Origin: Ascidiella aspersa
Taxonomy: Eukaryota
Direction of reading: 5' to 3'
Assembly: GCA_963924565.1 (NCBI GenBank)
Contig: OZ004610.1
Coordinates: 25,978,001 to 26,042,000, forward strand
DNA length: 64,000 nt
A model generated the notes under the pieces. That model saw only the letters and a program-made list of their open reading frames with translations, was not told where the DNA came from and made no database searches. A program made the position numbers and the translations under genes. Numbering within the stretch: the stretch's first letter is position 1; each line of letters opens with the position of its first letter. Of the stretch, positions 62,423 through 64,000 are shown in pieces.

Positions 62423-64000
62423 AATAAGTACCGCAGTGGCATCTATAAGGCAAAACACGGGTTGGTTTTACAAAATTTCGAAAACACATTCGGGGCAACA
62501 TTATGCTGTTCAGGTTTGCCTTTTGTTTAAAAAATACAGAAAGCTAGCCAAGTGTAGAGAGTTTTGCCTGTTTTCGTGCGGCTCTCATTACGCCAGTTTT
62601 TTGGCCTGTTTAAATATGGCCTGCCCCTTAAATCGCTTTACTGTCTCAGACAGGGTTAAAGTCGTAAAAAACAGCGAATTTTGTTTTAATTCCGCCAGCG
62701 CGTCTAGCCATTAAAGGAGCCGCCGCTCGGCAGTCGTGTTTTCGACAGTTTCTCTTCCCCTTTGGCGCTAATCGCATTAAGCACAGACAGCAAATCGAAA
62801 ATTCGGGACCCTGGGGACAGTGGCCCGGTCGTAAACACGCTTAAATCACGGGCTCGTACCTAAAACGATTTTTTATGATGGGTCATGCCGATACTGTATG
62901 ATAGGCCTACTGTATCGGCCGCGTTGTGGCCTTTATTTCAAAAGGTTACTGTATCGGCCGCCGAGAATCCCTTTATCAAGCAGAAGCCTACTAATTGTTA
63001 CTCGGGTTGTCATAAACTCGACTGGGCATGGATAAATCGGAAATATCGCGTTGCCTCGCATACGGAGCTCCATTCATTTGCGAATTTGAATAGGAGAGGC
63101 TACGATTTACAGCGGTTTTTATGTCGAATTGGCTTCTTTCTATACCCGCAATTGCGTTAAGCGGTGTACAGCGCCTCGGTTTGGTGAGTTTTTGCTAAAA
63201 TCAAGCAATATGACCAAAGTTATAATAATATCAACTTTCTAATAAAACACAGTTCAAAATACAAAAAAATCGTACAAATGAGATCTGACTCAGAATAAGA
63301 CATAATCGGCTAGGACAAGATCTTAACAATCTCTTCCTTAACGTCAACCTTCGTCACTAACTCCTATATACATTTTCACCCAGACCCGAATTCTAACCCC
63401 GCCTATTGCCCACAACTAACCCCAAAAAAGAACAAACAGCCCGGTGTTAGCGGCGCCTAAACGTCGATACCAAAACAGCCGATGCTATACCGACTGTTCC
63501 CAATAGACCAAAACCCTCTATATAGGTTTTATGTGTCATTTTTAGTGCATATAGGATGTATATCGACTAGATAAGAAACTATTCGGACAGGTTTGTGTCT
63601 TAATTCATCGGCTGTGACACTGTATGGGTGTGGCATTATAGATAATAGCGCTTTGAATATTTTTGTTTTAAAGGCATTATTGTGTGTTTTGCTTATAGCT
63701 AGAAAAGAACAATTTCTAAAAAAACAATACAAATGTTTTTGTGCTTGGATTCAGTAATGGTATAGTTTTGTTTTTATCGCCTATAAAGACTCTTCTTCCC
63801 AATAGTAAATACTCCAATTACCCAGAAAATAAAAATCATTACGCGAAAATGGTATTGGGCGTTCTAATCAGCTTTGAATGGATTTAAGGCCTTGATTGTG
63901 GTTTTAATAAATTTACAACGCACCGCAACAGACACCAATTAAAATATTTGGATTCGCTTTTAAATGAAATTGTTTTTAAATTGAATGAGTAGTGGAAAAA

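Noticed and set aside
63310-63363. Possible terminal exon ELVTKVDVKEEIVKILS* of an upstream minus-strand gene
   Set aside because: The acceptor lacks a pyrimidine tract, abuts a repeat-like segment, and the peptide is too short to assign.
221-63732. Most ORFs in the supplied six-frame track
   Set aside because: They are short and low-complexity or antisense to real exons. Only those overlapping the spliced exons (e.g. 18761-19141, 33104-33547, 35467-35709, 40009-40314, 43518-43940, 44537-44782, 45454-45852, 47738-47959, 53390-53626, 54144-54326, 54815-55021, 55281-55469, 55933-56325) are partly coding.

Overview
AT-rich, intron-rich animal genomic DNA. An invertebrate chordate (ascidian-like) source is my inference from protein divergence, intron sizes and repeat content, not something the sequence proves. 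The supplied ORF track is mostly uninformative because the genes are split into short exons. By manual splicing with GT-AG ends and phase checks I reconstructed three minus-strand genes in tandem: (1) a complete beta-arrestin (14 coding exons, 21440->2748, 426 aa); (2) a complete TAF3 (17 coding exons, 49028->30053, 904 aa; N-terminal histone fold and C-terminal PHD finger); (3) the 3' part of a tandem-VWA-domain gene with degenerate MIDAS sites (7 exons, 56226->51774, 360 aa, N-terminus unresolved). Introns carry many non-autonomous DNA transposons (mostly hAT-like MITEs with 8-bp TSDs, some nested or compound), two foldback elements sharing a telomere-like core, tRNA-derived SINE heads and minisatellites. 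The most interesting signal is a pair of candidate frame-preserving microexons in the arrestin gene. One is a 3-nt exon (14324-14326) with neural-microexon-type upstream architecture, at the junction where vertebrate beta-arrestin1 has its alternatively spliced 8-aa clathrin-binding insert. The other is an 18-nt exon (7777-7794) between the clathrin box and the AP-2 motif. I found no CRISPR array, rRNA, intact tRNA or transposase ORF.
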